From Tubiluchus corallicola (Eukaryota; Animalia; Priapulida), in NCBI GenBank assembly GCA_030141605.1, contig JAQGDQ010000702.1, positions 1 through 64,000 of the forward strand: a stretch of DNA of 64,000 nt, in the 5' to 3' direction. The notes below the pieces were generated by a model. It saw only the letters and a program-made list of their open reading frames with translations. It did no database searches and was not told where the DNA came from. Position 1 is the stretch's first letter; the number at the start of each line of letters is the position of its first letter. Both the position numbers and the translations under genes were made by a program. This document shows, piece by piece, positions 1 to 12,296 of this stretch.

Positions 1-299
1 ATACTTCTTTTTCTTCATTCTATAACCATTACTTCTATAACCATTACTGTACATTATACTAAAATGAACTTATTAGCACCAGAACTCATTTAACTTTATC
101 TAGTAATGCGACAGTTAGAGATTCTGCTGCTATGCATAAATGTTACATCACAGGTAACGTTTCGTGTTATTTTGTTTAAAGCACGAGAAAACCCTCCACT
201 TACACAATGCTTAAAACATTCGAATTTGAAATTTTATACCACTTACTTACTGTCTTTTTGCATGCAGGGCTTGCATCGGCAGTAATGCTGTATAAAACT

Positions 300-700
300 T
301 ATAATTTAAACTCCCGCGAAGACCTTTAGACGCAGCCATTTTTATGGTAGGTCGTCTGATACAAGTTTAGATAACATTGAGTAAAGTTTAAAAAAATAAT
401 TAGAGCGATCGTAGCACACATGTTACTAATTAAGTAAAATTTTAAGTTACTGCATTATATATGTCTAAATTACTATTTAATATAAGATGTTTTAGACTTC
501 GTTTATATTTAAAAATGGTATGTTCACATTTAATATAATCAGGCAAAGAATTCCATATTGAAGGATCATAAAATTTGATGAACTGCTTAGCAACATTGGT
601 GCTAACATACGTGACAATGTATTGGTTATAACGTGTTTTGGATATAGGCACGTGGTGCCTCCTTGTGTTTGTTTTTTGTAAATTTAGGCTGTTGATAGAC
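300..700 (-). mobile_element. Decayed 3' fragment of a CR1/L2-group LINE (ORF2 C-terminus plus 3' UTR)
   Basis: ORF 442-765 translates ...NTRRHH...FIKFYDPSIWNSLPDYIKCEHTIFKYKRSLKHLIL, the typical 'F...G..IWN.LP..IK......FK..LK' tail of CR1/L2-group ORF2; boundaries approximate. Confidence 0.6.
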
Positions 701-981
701 AGGTGAGCTAGGACAGGAAATAGGCCATTGGCGTCATTTTGCAGACTGGATAGGAAACAAGTCATTCTTGTTCAGTAAGTCGTGTCGTTTTATAACAAAA
801 TTTTGTCAGTCGAGTTCTCTTTAGCAAGTTAGTAAGATGCGGCAAAGATGTAAGTTTGATTTCTTCATATTTCATAATATTATTACACATTTTCATTATA
901 GCAGTTAATTATCTTTTTGACATTTGTTTAGAAAAAAGATGTTTTTATTTGCTTCAGATAAAACGAAGTGAAGTCGCTCAT

Positions 982-1033
982 AATCAGTCAGTCAGTCAGT
1001 CAGTCAGTCAGTCAGTCAGTCAGTCAGTCAGTC
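982..1033. repeat. (CAGT)n microsatellite
   Basis: Direct reading. Confidence 0.95.
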
Positions 1034-1668
1034 AAATAGGTCATGATGTGATACTGATTTTGGGATGAGACGATGAATGCCCATTTTGGACAATAAAAAA
1101 TCATAAATTACATCTAAAAGACTGTTGGACTTGTATTTAGTGCATGACGCGAACATAACGCGTATTATGAAATCACGTGTACTATAAAGTGTATCTACTA
1201 TAAAGTGCATCTCGAAAGTGCCAAAACGATGAACCTGCTAAGTGTTTAAAACGATGAAAAGTAGAATAGGCCTAACTCAGTTTAACTCTGCTGAGTGTGT
1301 TGTTGATTTACTGCGCCATCGTCTTCACACTTGAATTGTAAATTTCTCAGTTTGCATCAGTTTGATTTCTCAGTGGGTTTGTCGTGTGTGCACAGCCGTC
1401 GAATCTCACGCGATGCGAGGTTCATCACGATGATCAATAAGTTCTCATCATCCACTCTTCACGAACTTTATTGTACGCCATCCAGCATCTTCCAGCGTGA
1501 TATATGTGAAAATAAGCTTTTGCCCGTCAAGCTGTGTGGAAAGAATGACACGCAATTTCGTGAGTGGTAGTGGAAGCTTCTCTGAGTAATATTAGAAATG
1601 ATTATTGGATCTTTTCTGACTAAACGTTTCCGATGAGTTTGAAATTTCATGCAACTGCCTCATATGGC

Positions 1669-3990
1669 GTTTTGTTTACATATAGATACTCAAGAAGTTT
1701 TGTTTACATATAGATACTCAAGAAGTTTTGTTTACATATAGATACTTAAGAAGTTTTGTTTACATATAGATGCTCAAGAAGTTTTGTTTACATATAGTTG
1801 CTCAAGAAGTTTTGTTTACATATAGATGCTCAAGAAGTTTTGTTTACATATAGATACTTAAGAAGTTTTGTTTACATATAGTTGCTCAAGAAGTTTTGTT
1901 TACATATAGATGCTCAAGAAGTTTTGTTTACATATAGATGCTCAAGAAGTTTTGTTTACATATAGATACTCAAGAAGTTTTGTTTACATATAGATACTTA
2001 AGAAGTTTTGTTTACATATAGATGCTCAAGAAGTTTTGTTTACATATAGATACTCAAGAAGTTTTGTTTACATATAGATGCTCAAGAAGTTTTGTTTACA
2101 TATAGATGCTCAAGAAGTTTTGTTTACATATAGATACTCAAGAAGTTTTGTTTACATATAGATACTCAAGAAGTTTTGTTTACATATAGATGCTCAAGAA
2201 GTTTTGTTTACATATAGATACTCAAGAAGTTTTGTTTACATATAGATGCTCAAGAAGTTTTGTTTACATATAGATGCTCAAGAAGTTTTGTTTACATATA
2301 GATACTCAAGAAGTTTTGTTTACATATAGATACTCAAGAAGTTTTGTTTACATATAGATGCTCAAGAAGTTTTGTTTACATATAGATGCTCAAGAAGTTT
2401 TGTTTACATATAGATACTTAAGAAGTTTTGTTTACATATAGTTGCTCAAGAAGTTTTGTTTACATATACATGCTCAAGAAGTTTTGTTTACATATAGATA
2501 CTTAAGAAGTTTTGTTTACATATAGATGCTCAAGAAGTTTTGTTTACATATAGATACTTAAGAAGTTTTGTTTACATATAGTTGCTCAAGAAGTTTTGTT
2601 TACATATAGATGCTCAAGAAGTTTTGTTTACATATAGATGCTTAAGAAGTTTTGTTTACATATAGATGCTCAAGAAGTTTTGTTTACATATAGTTGCTTA
2701 AGAAGTTTTGTTTACATATAGTTGCTCAAGAAGTTTTGTTTACATATAGATACTCAAGAAGTTTTGTTTACATATAGATACTCAAGAAGTTTTGTTTACA
2801 TATAGATACTTAAGAAGTTTTGTTTACATATAGTTGCTCAAGAAGTTTTGTTTACATATACATGCTCAAGAAGTTTTGTTTACATATAGATACTTAAGAA
2901 GTTTTGTTTACATATAGATGCTCAAGAAGTTTTGTTTACATATAGATACTTAAGAAGTTTTGTTTACATATAGATGCTCAAGAAGTTTTGTTTACATATA
3001 GATACTCAAGAAGTTTTGTTTACATATAGATACTCAAGAAATTTTGTTTACATATAGATGCTTGAGAAGTTTTGTTTACATAAAGATGCTTGAGAAGTTT
3101 TGTTTACATATAGATGCTCAAGAAGTTTTGTTTACATATAGTTGCTCAAGAAGTTTTGTTTACATATAGATGCTCAAGAAGTTTTGTTTACATATAGATA
3201 CTCAAGAAGTTTTGTTTACATATAGATACTCAAGAAGTTTTGTTTACATATAGATGCTCAAGAAGTTTTGTTTACATATAGATGCTCAAGAAGTTTTGTT
3301 TACATATAGATGCTCAAGAAGTTTTGTTTACATATAGATGCTCAAGAAGTTTTGTTTACATATAGATACTCAAGAAGTTTTGTTTACATATAGATGCTCA
3401 AGAAGTTTTGTTTACATATAGATACTCAAGAAATTTTGTTTACATATAGATGCTCAAAAACAAAACAAAAACAAAACAAGAAGTTTTGTTTACATATAGA
3501 TGCTCAAGAAGTTTTGTTTACATATAGATGCTCAAGAAGTTTTGTTTACATATAGATGCTCAAGAAGTTTTGTTTACATATAGATACTCAAGAAGTTTTG
3601 TTTACATATAGATACTCAAGAAGTTTTGTTTACATATAGATGCTCAAGAAGTTTTGTTTACATATAGATGCTCAAGAAGTTTTGTTTACATATAGATGCT
3701 CAAGAAATTTTGTTTACATATAGATGCTTAAGAAGTTTTGTTTACATATAGATACTCAAGAAGTTTTGTTTACATATAGATACTCAAGAAATTTTGTTTA
3801 CATATAGATGCTCAAGAAATTTTGTTTACATATAGATGCTTAAGAAGTTTTGTTTACATAGAGACGCTCAAGAAGTTTTGTTTACATATAGATACTCAAG
3901 AAGTTTTGTTTACATATAGATGCTCAAGAAGTTTTGTTTACATATAGATGCTCAAGAAGTTTTGTTTACATATAGATGCTCAAGAAATTT
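1669..3990. repeat. 28-bp minisatellite, about 82 copies
   Basis: Unit AGAAGTTTTGTTTACATATAGAT(A/G)CTCA repeated head to tail; one A-rich interruption at ~3457-3479. Confidence 0.98.
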
Positions 3991-4852
3991 TTACATCTTT
4001 CGTAAAATCCCTTACCATTTCCTTAAAGCTTCGCAACACTGTGAACGCGTATTTTGTCATATTTTGTATGAATTTGCCAAAAAAATTAAACTAAAACAAG
4101 GTCATGTGTATTAAACCATAACAACGTTTACTTTAAATAAGTTTCTTCTCAGAACAAACCTGCGCTTTGCACAGCTGTTTACAGTTTTTAGCTACGTTTT
4201 GCAATAAACAACAAAACAATACTGCTCAGGTTACATTGATCAACAATTCACAATACAAAACAAATAATCAATACGGAAGTTTACTAAACTCCCTGTATCA
4301 TAAAAATAGTTTAACAGGATAGTAGTATTTGGCACCTCGTGTTGCAGTTTTCTGGAAATTCGGAAGTTCACTTTAGTCCACCCTGTATAAAATGATGCTA
4401 ATGACTAACAATATAACACAACGCAGCAATACAACAGCTGTGAGACAAGCAGTACGCACATTGTAACATAACACAAAACAATACATAATAAGACAACACA
4501 ACACGACACAAAATAGCACAACGCAACGCAACACAACACAGCATAGCACAATTAAAAGACAACACAGCACAAGAAAAGCACAACATACAGAAACACAATT
4601 GAGTCCAACTCACCGTAGTACAACAAAACAAGCTATAATTCATTTCAACAATGCATAGCACAACGCAACACAATATGACAATATAACATAACACAACACT
4701 ATATCACAATCCAGTAAAACGCAAAATAACAGCATAACATGACATGACACAATGCAACACAGCGTAGAATATTGCGATACAGCGCATTAAAACACAGTGC
4801 CACACAGTACAGCAGAGTACACCGCAACACAACACAAGACAACACAACACAA

Positions 4853-5210
4853 CCCAAAACAACACAAGACATCCCAGAATAACGCGACATAGCACATGAC
4901 AGTTAGCAGCCCAAAACAACACAAGACATTTGGCAATAACGTGACGTAGCACATGACAGTTAGCTGCCCAAAACAACACAAGACATTTGGCAATAACGTG
5001 ACGTAGCACATGACAGTTAGCTGCCCAAAACAACACAAGACATTTGGCAATAACGTGACGTAGCACATGACAGTTAACAACCCAAAACAACACAAGACAT
5101 TTGGCAATAACGTGACGTAGCACATGACAGTTAACAACCCAAAACAACACAAGACATTTGGCAATAACGTGACGTAACACATGACAGTTAACAACCCAAA
5201 ACAACACAAG
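4853..5210. repeat. 57-bp minisatellite, about 6 copies, continuous with a CAACA-rich low-complexity tract (4400-4850)
   Basis: Unit CCCAAAACAACACAAGACATTTGGCAATAACGTGACGTAGCACATGACAGTTA(GCTG/ACAA); explains the 19-aa periodic spurious ORFs. Confidence 0.95.
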
Positions 5211-5682
5211 ACGACACAACAAGCACACACGGTATGAAAACACTTAACTCTGCTTCAGATAAATCAGTCAAACAGGATATAACATGCACATTAATCGTCA
5301 AGAACACCAGCTTTCAGTTTTGTTACAAAAGGATGAGAATACAACATGTAGAGGCTTTGTAGGCCTAGTGATCTATGTATTTCATGTTTGCATTGTGATG
5401 TAAAAGCTACTGGTATTTTCAAGGCACGCAAATACGTGAAACATAGTTAAGGGTAAAAAAAAACAATAACTATTCCAAAAGTTAAATAAAAATTTAAAAA
5501 TAATAAGAAATAAATCGGAAAATCTTAAAACGGTGTAGCAAACGCAGACTCACAATATGATTTTGATTACAATATCACTTTTGCCTCTAATTTCTCAGTT
5601 TGCTGTTTTCAGTAATTTGACATTCAATATTATCGATGTACAGCTTAATATAAATAAACGCTGGAAGTTGTTTTTAGTAATT

Positions 5683-6070
5683 AACATCAATTATTAGAGG
5701 CTTATTTTACAAGCTCATTATACATTAAGTTAAAATTATCAAACAATTTTTGTAATTTGTACATTAATAACAAATTTTACATAGACAGGTTTAAAAACCG
5801 AATTTAAAATTATTTAAAAATCACAACAAAAAAGGAATAATAAATAAATTTTACTTTATATTAGGACATAGGTCAGTAAACATCAATTATTAGAGGCTTA
5901 TTTTATAAGCACAATATACATTAAGTTAAAATTATCAAACAATTTTTGTAATTTGTACATTAATAACAAATTTTACACACACAGGTTTAAAAACCGAATT
6001 TAAAATTATTTAAAAATCACAACAAAAAAGGAATAATAAATAAATTTTACGTTATATTAGGACATAGGTC
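5683..6070. repeat. Tandem direct duplication of ~196 bp
   Basis: AACATCAATTATTAGAGGCTTATTTT...TTAGGACATAGGTCA occurs at 5683-5875 and again at 5879-6070 with few substitutions. Confidence 0.93.
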
Positions 6071-6167
6071 ATGTTTTATAGGCCACACATTAAATAGTTA
6101 GTACTAGGTAGTACGTTAGTACAAACTGTTTTTAGTTGCAGAACAAACAATTTTGAGAAGGCTTCGG

Positions 6168-8006
6168 TTACCGATCAAACGGGAAAATGTTGAAGCTTCC
6201 TAACATCTCCCGAGGTCCATAGTCGCCCATGAACTTTCTTAGTGGATCGTTATTGCTAACTGGCTGCTCTACTGTAAATATATTTGGTACGTCAAATGCT
6301 AAGCCATATCCTCTAGGTACGTTACCAACTGAATAATGTTCAACTTTTGGTTTGGTGTATTTTACTCGAGTTTTCTGGGCACGCTCCAAGTACTTCACAG
6401 CTGGCCCTTTAAATGCGGGTGGATGGTAGTCGTTGGGAGGGCGGGGTACTGTTGTTGGAGGCGAAGCTCTTAATTTGAACCCTTCTGATTTGTCTTGAAG
6501 CCCTGAATATGGTCCTGAATCAGGACTACCATAAGCAGGAACTGCGTACCGGTTACTGGTCTCGTGCCTAGGCGATGTAGAATGGGGTACGTGAATTTCA
6601 TCATTAACCTGTTCATTTCCAAGAACATGAGCTTGAAGAGGTGCATTTGGTTTTGGTGGAGAACGTCCACGACTTTCCTTCACACTTACAGCTACTGAAG
6701 ATGGTATCTTATTTGCTGACGGTCCAGAAGGCGCAGAATTTCTCACCGGCAATGAACGTTCAATTCCAGTACCTGCAGGTTGTACGTAGCTTATTCCTAA
6801 TGGAGGATCCTGAGGATGTGCTGGTCGTTGCGGAGGACCTGGAGGACTTCTATATTGCTGGTATGGCATTGTCGGTTGCACCATGGGAACTGTTGGAGCT
6901 TGTGGACGGTTTGCTACAACATAAGGTGGTTGTCGAACCATCGGCCTCTGTGCCGGACTTGCATAAATTACACCGGGCGGTTGCTGGTTTGTTGGTCGAC
7001 CTGGCAGATTTGAAGGTGCTAGTCCCGATTGTTGTCGATTAACAGGTATTTGCAAATGATTTGGATGCGGCACTCTCGGTTGCAATGGAGGTGCTGTTAG
7101 TGGAGGAGACCGATTGATGGGGACGCTGGGTGGTTGCTGGTTTGTTGGTCGACCTGACAGATTTGGTGGAGGCGGTCTTGATGGCTGTTGATTTACAGGT
7201 ATTCGCAGATGATTTGGATGCCCCACCCCTGGTTGCGATGGAACTGCTGTTAGTGGTGAGTGCTGAATATTTCTCCCTGACACTGGAGGTTGGTGAGGTG
7301 GAAATGCAAACTGTTCTGGGTGTTTAACAGCTCTTGCTGGTGGGACTGAGCTTCTAGGGGGGTAACGAGAGCCATACCTGGGAGGAGGATACCTTGCCTT
7401 TGTCGGTGGATGCAGTGATCGTGGTGGTGCATGTGTATTTATCATAGGATGTCCTAATTTAGGTTGCTCTGGCTTCCCTTTTACTGGTATCGCCACTTTA
7501 GTTTTTGGCGGACTGTTCATTGATGACGGTGCTGTTTGCACTCTAGGGTTCTTTATACCAGGTTTTGGTGTTGGTGGTCTACCATTTACCTGTGCTGGTA
7601 AAGGCCCGCTAGGATAATAATTTCCAGATGGCGTTCCGTAGCCACCAACTCCTATACCTCCATCTCCATAGTAAGCACCGCCACGTGCAACTTTGTTCAC
7701 TTTCTGGTGATCAACGCGAGCATTATCTCCTATGTTCCTGTTGTAAGCTTTACCTCGATGGATACCGCCTTGTTCACGCGAGGTGTAGCCTCCCGAAAGT
7801 CCAATGCCATAGTTCTTATGGCCAAACCTATTATCTAGAATAATAGCCTTGTCCTCATTTATGTAAGCGTTATCTTGTCCGAATTCTTCTTTGAAACCAG
7901 TGTTAAAAGATTTCACATATCCACGTGGTTGATAAGCTTGGGCGTACATGTAACCTCTGGTATGATAAGGTACGTCTTGATGCAGATATCCATGGCCCAT
8001 ATACGT
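6168..8006 (-). CDS. Terminal coding exon A: conserved Tyr/Gly/Asn-rich domain plus long Pro-rich tail (secreted structural-type protein, unnamed family)
   Basis: 612-codon open frame; acceptor ctttctttatatttcag|ACG TAT ATG (AG at 8008-8007), phase 0; contains AYQPRGYVKSFNTGFKEEFGQDNAY and GAYYGDGGIGVGGYG shared with the three paralogous exons. Confidence 0.9.
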   Translation of the reverse strand, partial: TYMGHGYLHQDVPYHTRGYMYAQAYQPRGYVKSFNTGFKEEFGQDNAYINEDKAIILDNRFGHKNYGIGLSGGYTSREQGGIHRGKAYNRNIGDNARVDHQKVNKVARGGAYYGDGGIGVGGYGTPSGNYYPSGPLPAQVNGRPPTPKPGIKNPRVQTAPSSMNSPPKTKVAIPVKGKPEQPKLGHPMINTHAPPRSLHPPTKARYPPPRYGSRYPPRSSVPPARAVKHPEQFAFPPHQPPVSGRNIQHSPLTAVPSQPGVGHPNHLRIPVNQQPSRPPPPNLSGRPTNQQPPSVPINRSPPLTAPPLQPRVPHPNHLQIPVNRQQSGLAPSNLPGRPTNQQPPGVIYASPAQRPMVRQPPYVVANRPQAPTVPMVQPTMPYQQYRSPPGPPQRPAHPQDPPLGISYVQPAGTGIERSLPVRNSAPSGPSANKIPSSVAVSVKESRGRSPPKPNAPLQAHVLGNEQVNDEIHVPHSTSPRHETSNRYAVPAYGSPDSGPYSGLQDKSEGFKLRASPPTTVPRPPNDYHPPAFKGPAVKYLERAQKTRVKYTKPKVEHYSVGNVPRGYGLAFDVPNIFTVEQPVSNNDPLRKFMGDYGPREMLGSFNIFPFDR

Positions 8007-10589
8007 CTGAAATATAAAGAAAGAGATTTACAAAAACTTACTTCCTAATGTACAATTAATTTTTAAAACACAAAGCAATTCAGATTACTTTATGGATTAC
8101 TTTATGTTTGTCATCCTACACTAGTTTGATTTACCTATTTTTTCAAGAAAGGTCTTACATACAAATAGTCGTTTATAGTATACAAGAAAGCAGTAGTATG
8201 TAAGTATGTATATTATGTAAGTATGTATGTATAGTATGTAAGCAAGAAACTCTTCCTGTAAACTTTCTAAAAAAACACATATATATCACATTCATGCACA
8301 CATTACCATAGTATCAAGGTAGAAGCATTTCACTTTCATTACGTTATCCAATCTGATTACGTAGCCCCAGAATCTCATTAGAATAACAAGTCATTGTAAT
8401 CATTAACAGAATTGTATATCTATGTACAAAATTTATAGCTAGTTTATACCTAAAACTAGTTTTATCAACTAGCACAGATACGCATTATAATAGACAACGA
8501 AGCAAAAAGAAAAGTGGAAATCAGAAAAACTTAGTCGCACCTTTTCTAAAACGTTTTCACATTCTTACCAAACCAACGACAGCGAGACTGACCGACTGAC
8601 TGACTGACTGTGACGCTCACGGTGATGATACTAACAAATACAGTAAAACACTAACAACATTAGCCACGAACATGAATGATCAAACTGACAAGACACAACC
8701 TATAAACAACAAACAAACAAACAAAGATGAGATCAGACTGAAATAGAGAGTAGTGTAGACGTTTACTTGTGGGTACGTCACGTGACAAATGACGTTTCAG
8801 TCATTAATAACGCGATGTCCTTGTAAGTAAACATCCACACTACTCGAAATCACATCAGAGTTACAGTTATTAAATACGCCATTTTTACAATCATCTATTA
8901 CAAACTAAAGTATCTGAAATGAAACATTACTTGATGGAGCTTTATATGCTTCATTTTTGAAGAGAAATAAATCAAAAACCATGAAAACCCAAAGTGATTT
9001 TACATTCCTGCTTTTGGCAGACATGCTTCCATGTACTGGAGGGGGATTTATACACAGTAAAATTTTGAACACATCAGTTGGTGTTAGTCTCAACGCCTGG
9101 AAAGTAGGCGTTCAATCAGGAGATGGTCAGAGAAGCTGTGATCGCTTAAAGGCCCGAGGCAGGAGCCAAAATGTTACAATTAGGGCAAACTGCTCAGTCG
9201 CTCATGAAAAACCGCACTGGACGAGACATAGTCAAGCGATAATAGTCACAAGCGCTCAGCACAGTGGTTAGTCACATATGACAAAACTACATTGCACCTG
9301 GCACAGTCAAATGATAAACATGAGTTGATGTTTGTGGTTGTTCATGGATTTGGATATGAATTCATTTATTATGTCAAGTGAGAAATGCTGTCATGCTCGC
9401 GGATTTGAATCAGAATGCCATTCAGTCTTGTTTAAATGTACCTCAAAGATACCTAAAGAATAAAAATAAGTGGCCTTTAATGCAGCGTGTTTTAGATATC
9501 TTAGCAACATTCGCATGAATATTCTTTAAAGACATTCACGCGGTTATGCTATCACACGTGCAAAACAATGGGAAAAATGTTCAAAATGTCATTTGTAAAT
9601 GCTTATCCAACTTTTATTTTGCTATTTTAAAAGCATGTTTAATGTTCCTACTTCCATCTTGCACGCACAGTTATTGCTACGATTCCCCTGACAGCAAGCA
9701 CACGAAAAATAGGCGCACTTTCATACCTGCGTTTTCTACGGGAAACTCATTTTATCTTTATCGAGGCATATTCTTTCCGGCCATTGTGTTTTTGCATTGC
9801 TGGCTTGCGAAGTAACTCTATAATACTGTCTATTTCGCCTTGAAGCTATTCTCCTTGTCCGTGTAATAAGTTTTTTAGCCAGTTTTTATAATGTGACGTC
9901 AAACGATTCTATAGCAATGATAAACAGCGTCCTTAATCGAAGAAGAAACGAATTAAATAACCGGAAATAATGGACTTTTAAATGACATATTTAGTTTTTT
10001 CTGCCCAATCGGCTGGATTTGTTGTTTAGAACTCCATTATTCATGTCATGAATTCGCTTTTTCCTGGATGTCCCATTTAGAACACCGTTATCAATTCTGT
10101 AGAATCCGTTTTAGCGGAAAAATTTGGGACTAGTTCTAATAAAAATAAAAATATGCCAAAAATTTTTAAAGAATGGATATGAATATTGTCTTTTATTTAA
10201 ATTGTGGGTATTTAAAAAAACATAAAGTAATCAAAATTATAATGAGTTAATATGAGGCAGTGGTTAATGAAAGTAAAAACAAAAAAGAAATATTAATGTT
10301 AAACTAGCAGAACTTTGAATAACATTGGCGAATGTTAGAATACTAGACATCAGTTAATGGAAAAATGAATGAACTGTTTGAAGAATTAATAAATTAACGT
10401 CTGTTACATACATTGTAAATATAAATAAATAGCATGAATGATGAATAATTAATGCATAGGCCCACTTTATAACACGAAAATAAATATAATACTGAGGAAT
10501 TATTTTGATTTAGTATTCCCGCCAGTCACGGCTTTCCCTGAATAAATGCAGTGTAGATTATTCATTGCACTTTGTACAGCATAAACTCG

Positions 10590-12296
10590 TTAATTGTTCA
10601 TTCCACTCACCATGGTGGAAACTGGTACCAACAAACGACTAATATAACCAGTCACAGTTATGTCCTTATCGTGTTGATTAAATCCTTTATTATTTTTCTG
10701 CAACTCTTTTCGATGATTTTCATATTTTGGATCTTCTACACTTTCTTCATCGGAGTGGAACACATTCTTCTGCACACTTTCCTTGTTTTCGTTTTGTAAT
10801 ACCTGCTCATCATTCTCTTTAATTTCTATTTGAAACGCGTTCTCATTTTCCTGGAATTGTCTCTTACTTGATTCGTGTTTTGGTCTATCCAGATTTTGCT
10901 TAGGATTTTGAATGTCGCCTTCATTTTCCTGGTTTTGCTCTTTGTAATTGTTCTCATGTTTTCTGTCTTTTACGGTCTCTTTATCAGAGTGTTGAAATTT
11001 GCCTTGCGGTTGTTCTTGATTGCCTTTAGTTGGAGACTCGTCCATGTTTTCCTTGTCAGCGTGTTGAAGTTCGTCTGTCAGTTGTTCTTGATTCTTTTCA
11101 TTTGGAAACTCTTCCACGTTTTCTTTGTCAGTGTGTTGAAGTTCGTCTGTCAGTTGTTCTTGATTCTTTTCATTTGGAAACTCTTCCATATTTTCTTTGT
11201 CAGCATGCTGAAGTCCGTCTTTCAGTTGTTCATGATTGTCTTCATGATATGTTTGTTGTGTTACCGCCTCCTCTTCAGAATACTGATTTCTTTGTCCGTT
11301 TCCCTGGTGCAGTTCTTCCTTTAGTTCTGTGTTTTCCTTGCCAGTCTGTCCAAGCTGAACTTTACTATGCTGCTGTTGCTCTTTCTCTGCAAAGTTTTCT
11401 GCCCCTACCATGCCTTCCACTTCCGTTTCTTCTTCGTTACCAATATTACCAGTATTCTCTTCTTCAAGCTCAAATATAATTCTATCAAAATCGTTATCGT
11501 TTTCTTCTAAATGCACTACACGTTCATAAACTCTAGCTTCAGCAACCAGAGGCCTGTTGTAACCAACAACTGACAAAGGAGTGCGAGATGGTTTAGTCTG
11601 ATGAGTCCTCACTTTCAAAGGCATCGGCATACTGTAAACACTCGGTGAAACACCTTTGCTGTAAATTGATGACGGCTGTGTCGCCTGTTGTGATTTTGTG
11701 TCTACGTTTCGTGGACTGAGGTCGGTAAGTTTTGGATTTTCGTAACCAGCAGAGAGTGCTCCACTACCAGCTTGAATTCTCCTGGATGGTGATGTTGGGT
11801 CAAAACCGCCGTTGTGTATTCCATGACTGCCATATCTACCACCATGTGCGGGATACGCAGTACTAGTTCTGGTAACAGGAACGGCAAGATTACCATGTCC
11901 ACCAGCGCGATTGCTATAACCACCATTACCATAACCACCGTAACCAATTCCTCCATCACCGTAATAAGCTCCACCAGTTTGCTGCTTACCGTGGTATTGT
12001 TTTCTAGCTTGTCCCAAGTCGCCATAGTTTGTATTGTAAGCTCTATCACGACGGATATCACCATAAGCATTGTTGGCGTATCCGTTGGACAAACCGTAAC
12101 CACTGTTGTATTGCTGGAATCGATTATCCAAAATATTGGCTCTGTCTCTATTGTAGTATGCATTGTTTTGACCAAAGCCTTCTTTAAATCCAGTGTTAAA
12201 TGACTTCACATATCCACGAGGCTGATAAGCTTGGGCGTAGGAGTAGCCATTCAAAATGTGTCCCCCTCCTCCTCCACTACTGGTTACTTTGCAAAC
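10590..12296 (-). CDS. Terminal coding exon B: conserved domain plus Ser/Pro linker and acidic Glu/Gln/Asn-rich repeat tail
   Basis: 568-codon open frame; acceptor tgttgtatgtgtag|GTT TGC AAA GTA ACC AGT (VCKVTSSGGGGGHILNGYSYAQAYQPRG), phase 0; AATAAA on minus strand at 10192-10197. Confidence 0.9.
   Translation of the reverse strand, partial: VCKVTSSGGGGGHILNGYSYAQAYQPRGYVKSFNTGFKEGFGQNNAYYNRDRANILDNRFQQYNSGYGLSNGYANNAYGDIRRDRAYNTNYGDLGQARKQYHGKQQTGGAYYGDGGIGYGGYGNGGYSNRAGGHGNLAVPVTRTSTAYPAHGGRYGSHGIHNGGFDPTSPSRRIQAGSGALSAGYENPKLTDLSPRNVDTKSQQATQPSSIYSKGVSPSVYSMPMPLKVRTHQTKPSRTPLSVVGYNRPLVAEARVYERVVHLEENDNDFDRIIFELEEENTGNIGNEEETEVEGMVGAENFAEKEQQQHSKVQLGQTGKENTELKEELHQGNGQRNQYSEEEAVTQQTYHEDNHEQLKDGLQHADKENMEEFPNEKNQEQLTDELQHTDKENVEEFPNEKNQEQLTDELQHADKENMDESPTKGNQEQPQGKFQHSDKETVKDRKHENNYKEQNQENEGDIQNPKQNLDRPKHESSKRQFQENENAFQIEIKENDEQVLQNENKESVQKNVFHSDEESVEDPKYENHRKELQKNNKGFNQHDKDITVTGYISRLLVPVSTMVSGMNN

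Noticed and set aside
1669-3990. Regular short repeats resembling a CRISPR array (also 23218-24253 and 25596-27519)
   Set aside because: Head-to-tail units with no unique spacers, no cas genes, eukaryotic context
4373-5243. Cys/Val/Leu-rich ORFs resembling metallothionein or keratin-associated proteins
   Set aside because: Translations of a UG-rich tract and a 57-bp minisatellite, open in several frames, no splice or start support
6470-7843. Overlapping and antisense ORFs within exon A (likewise 10572-12203, 14586-15021, 20119-20845)
   Set aside because: Shadows of biased-composition coding sequence on the other strand or frame
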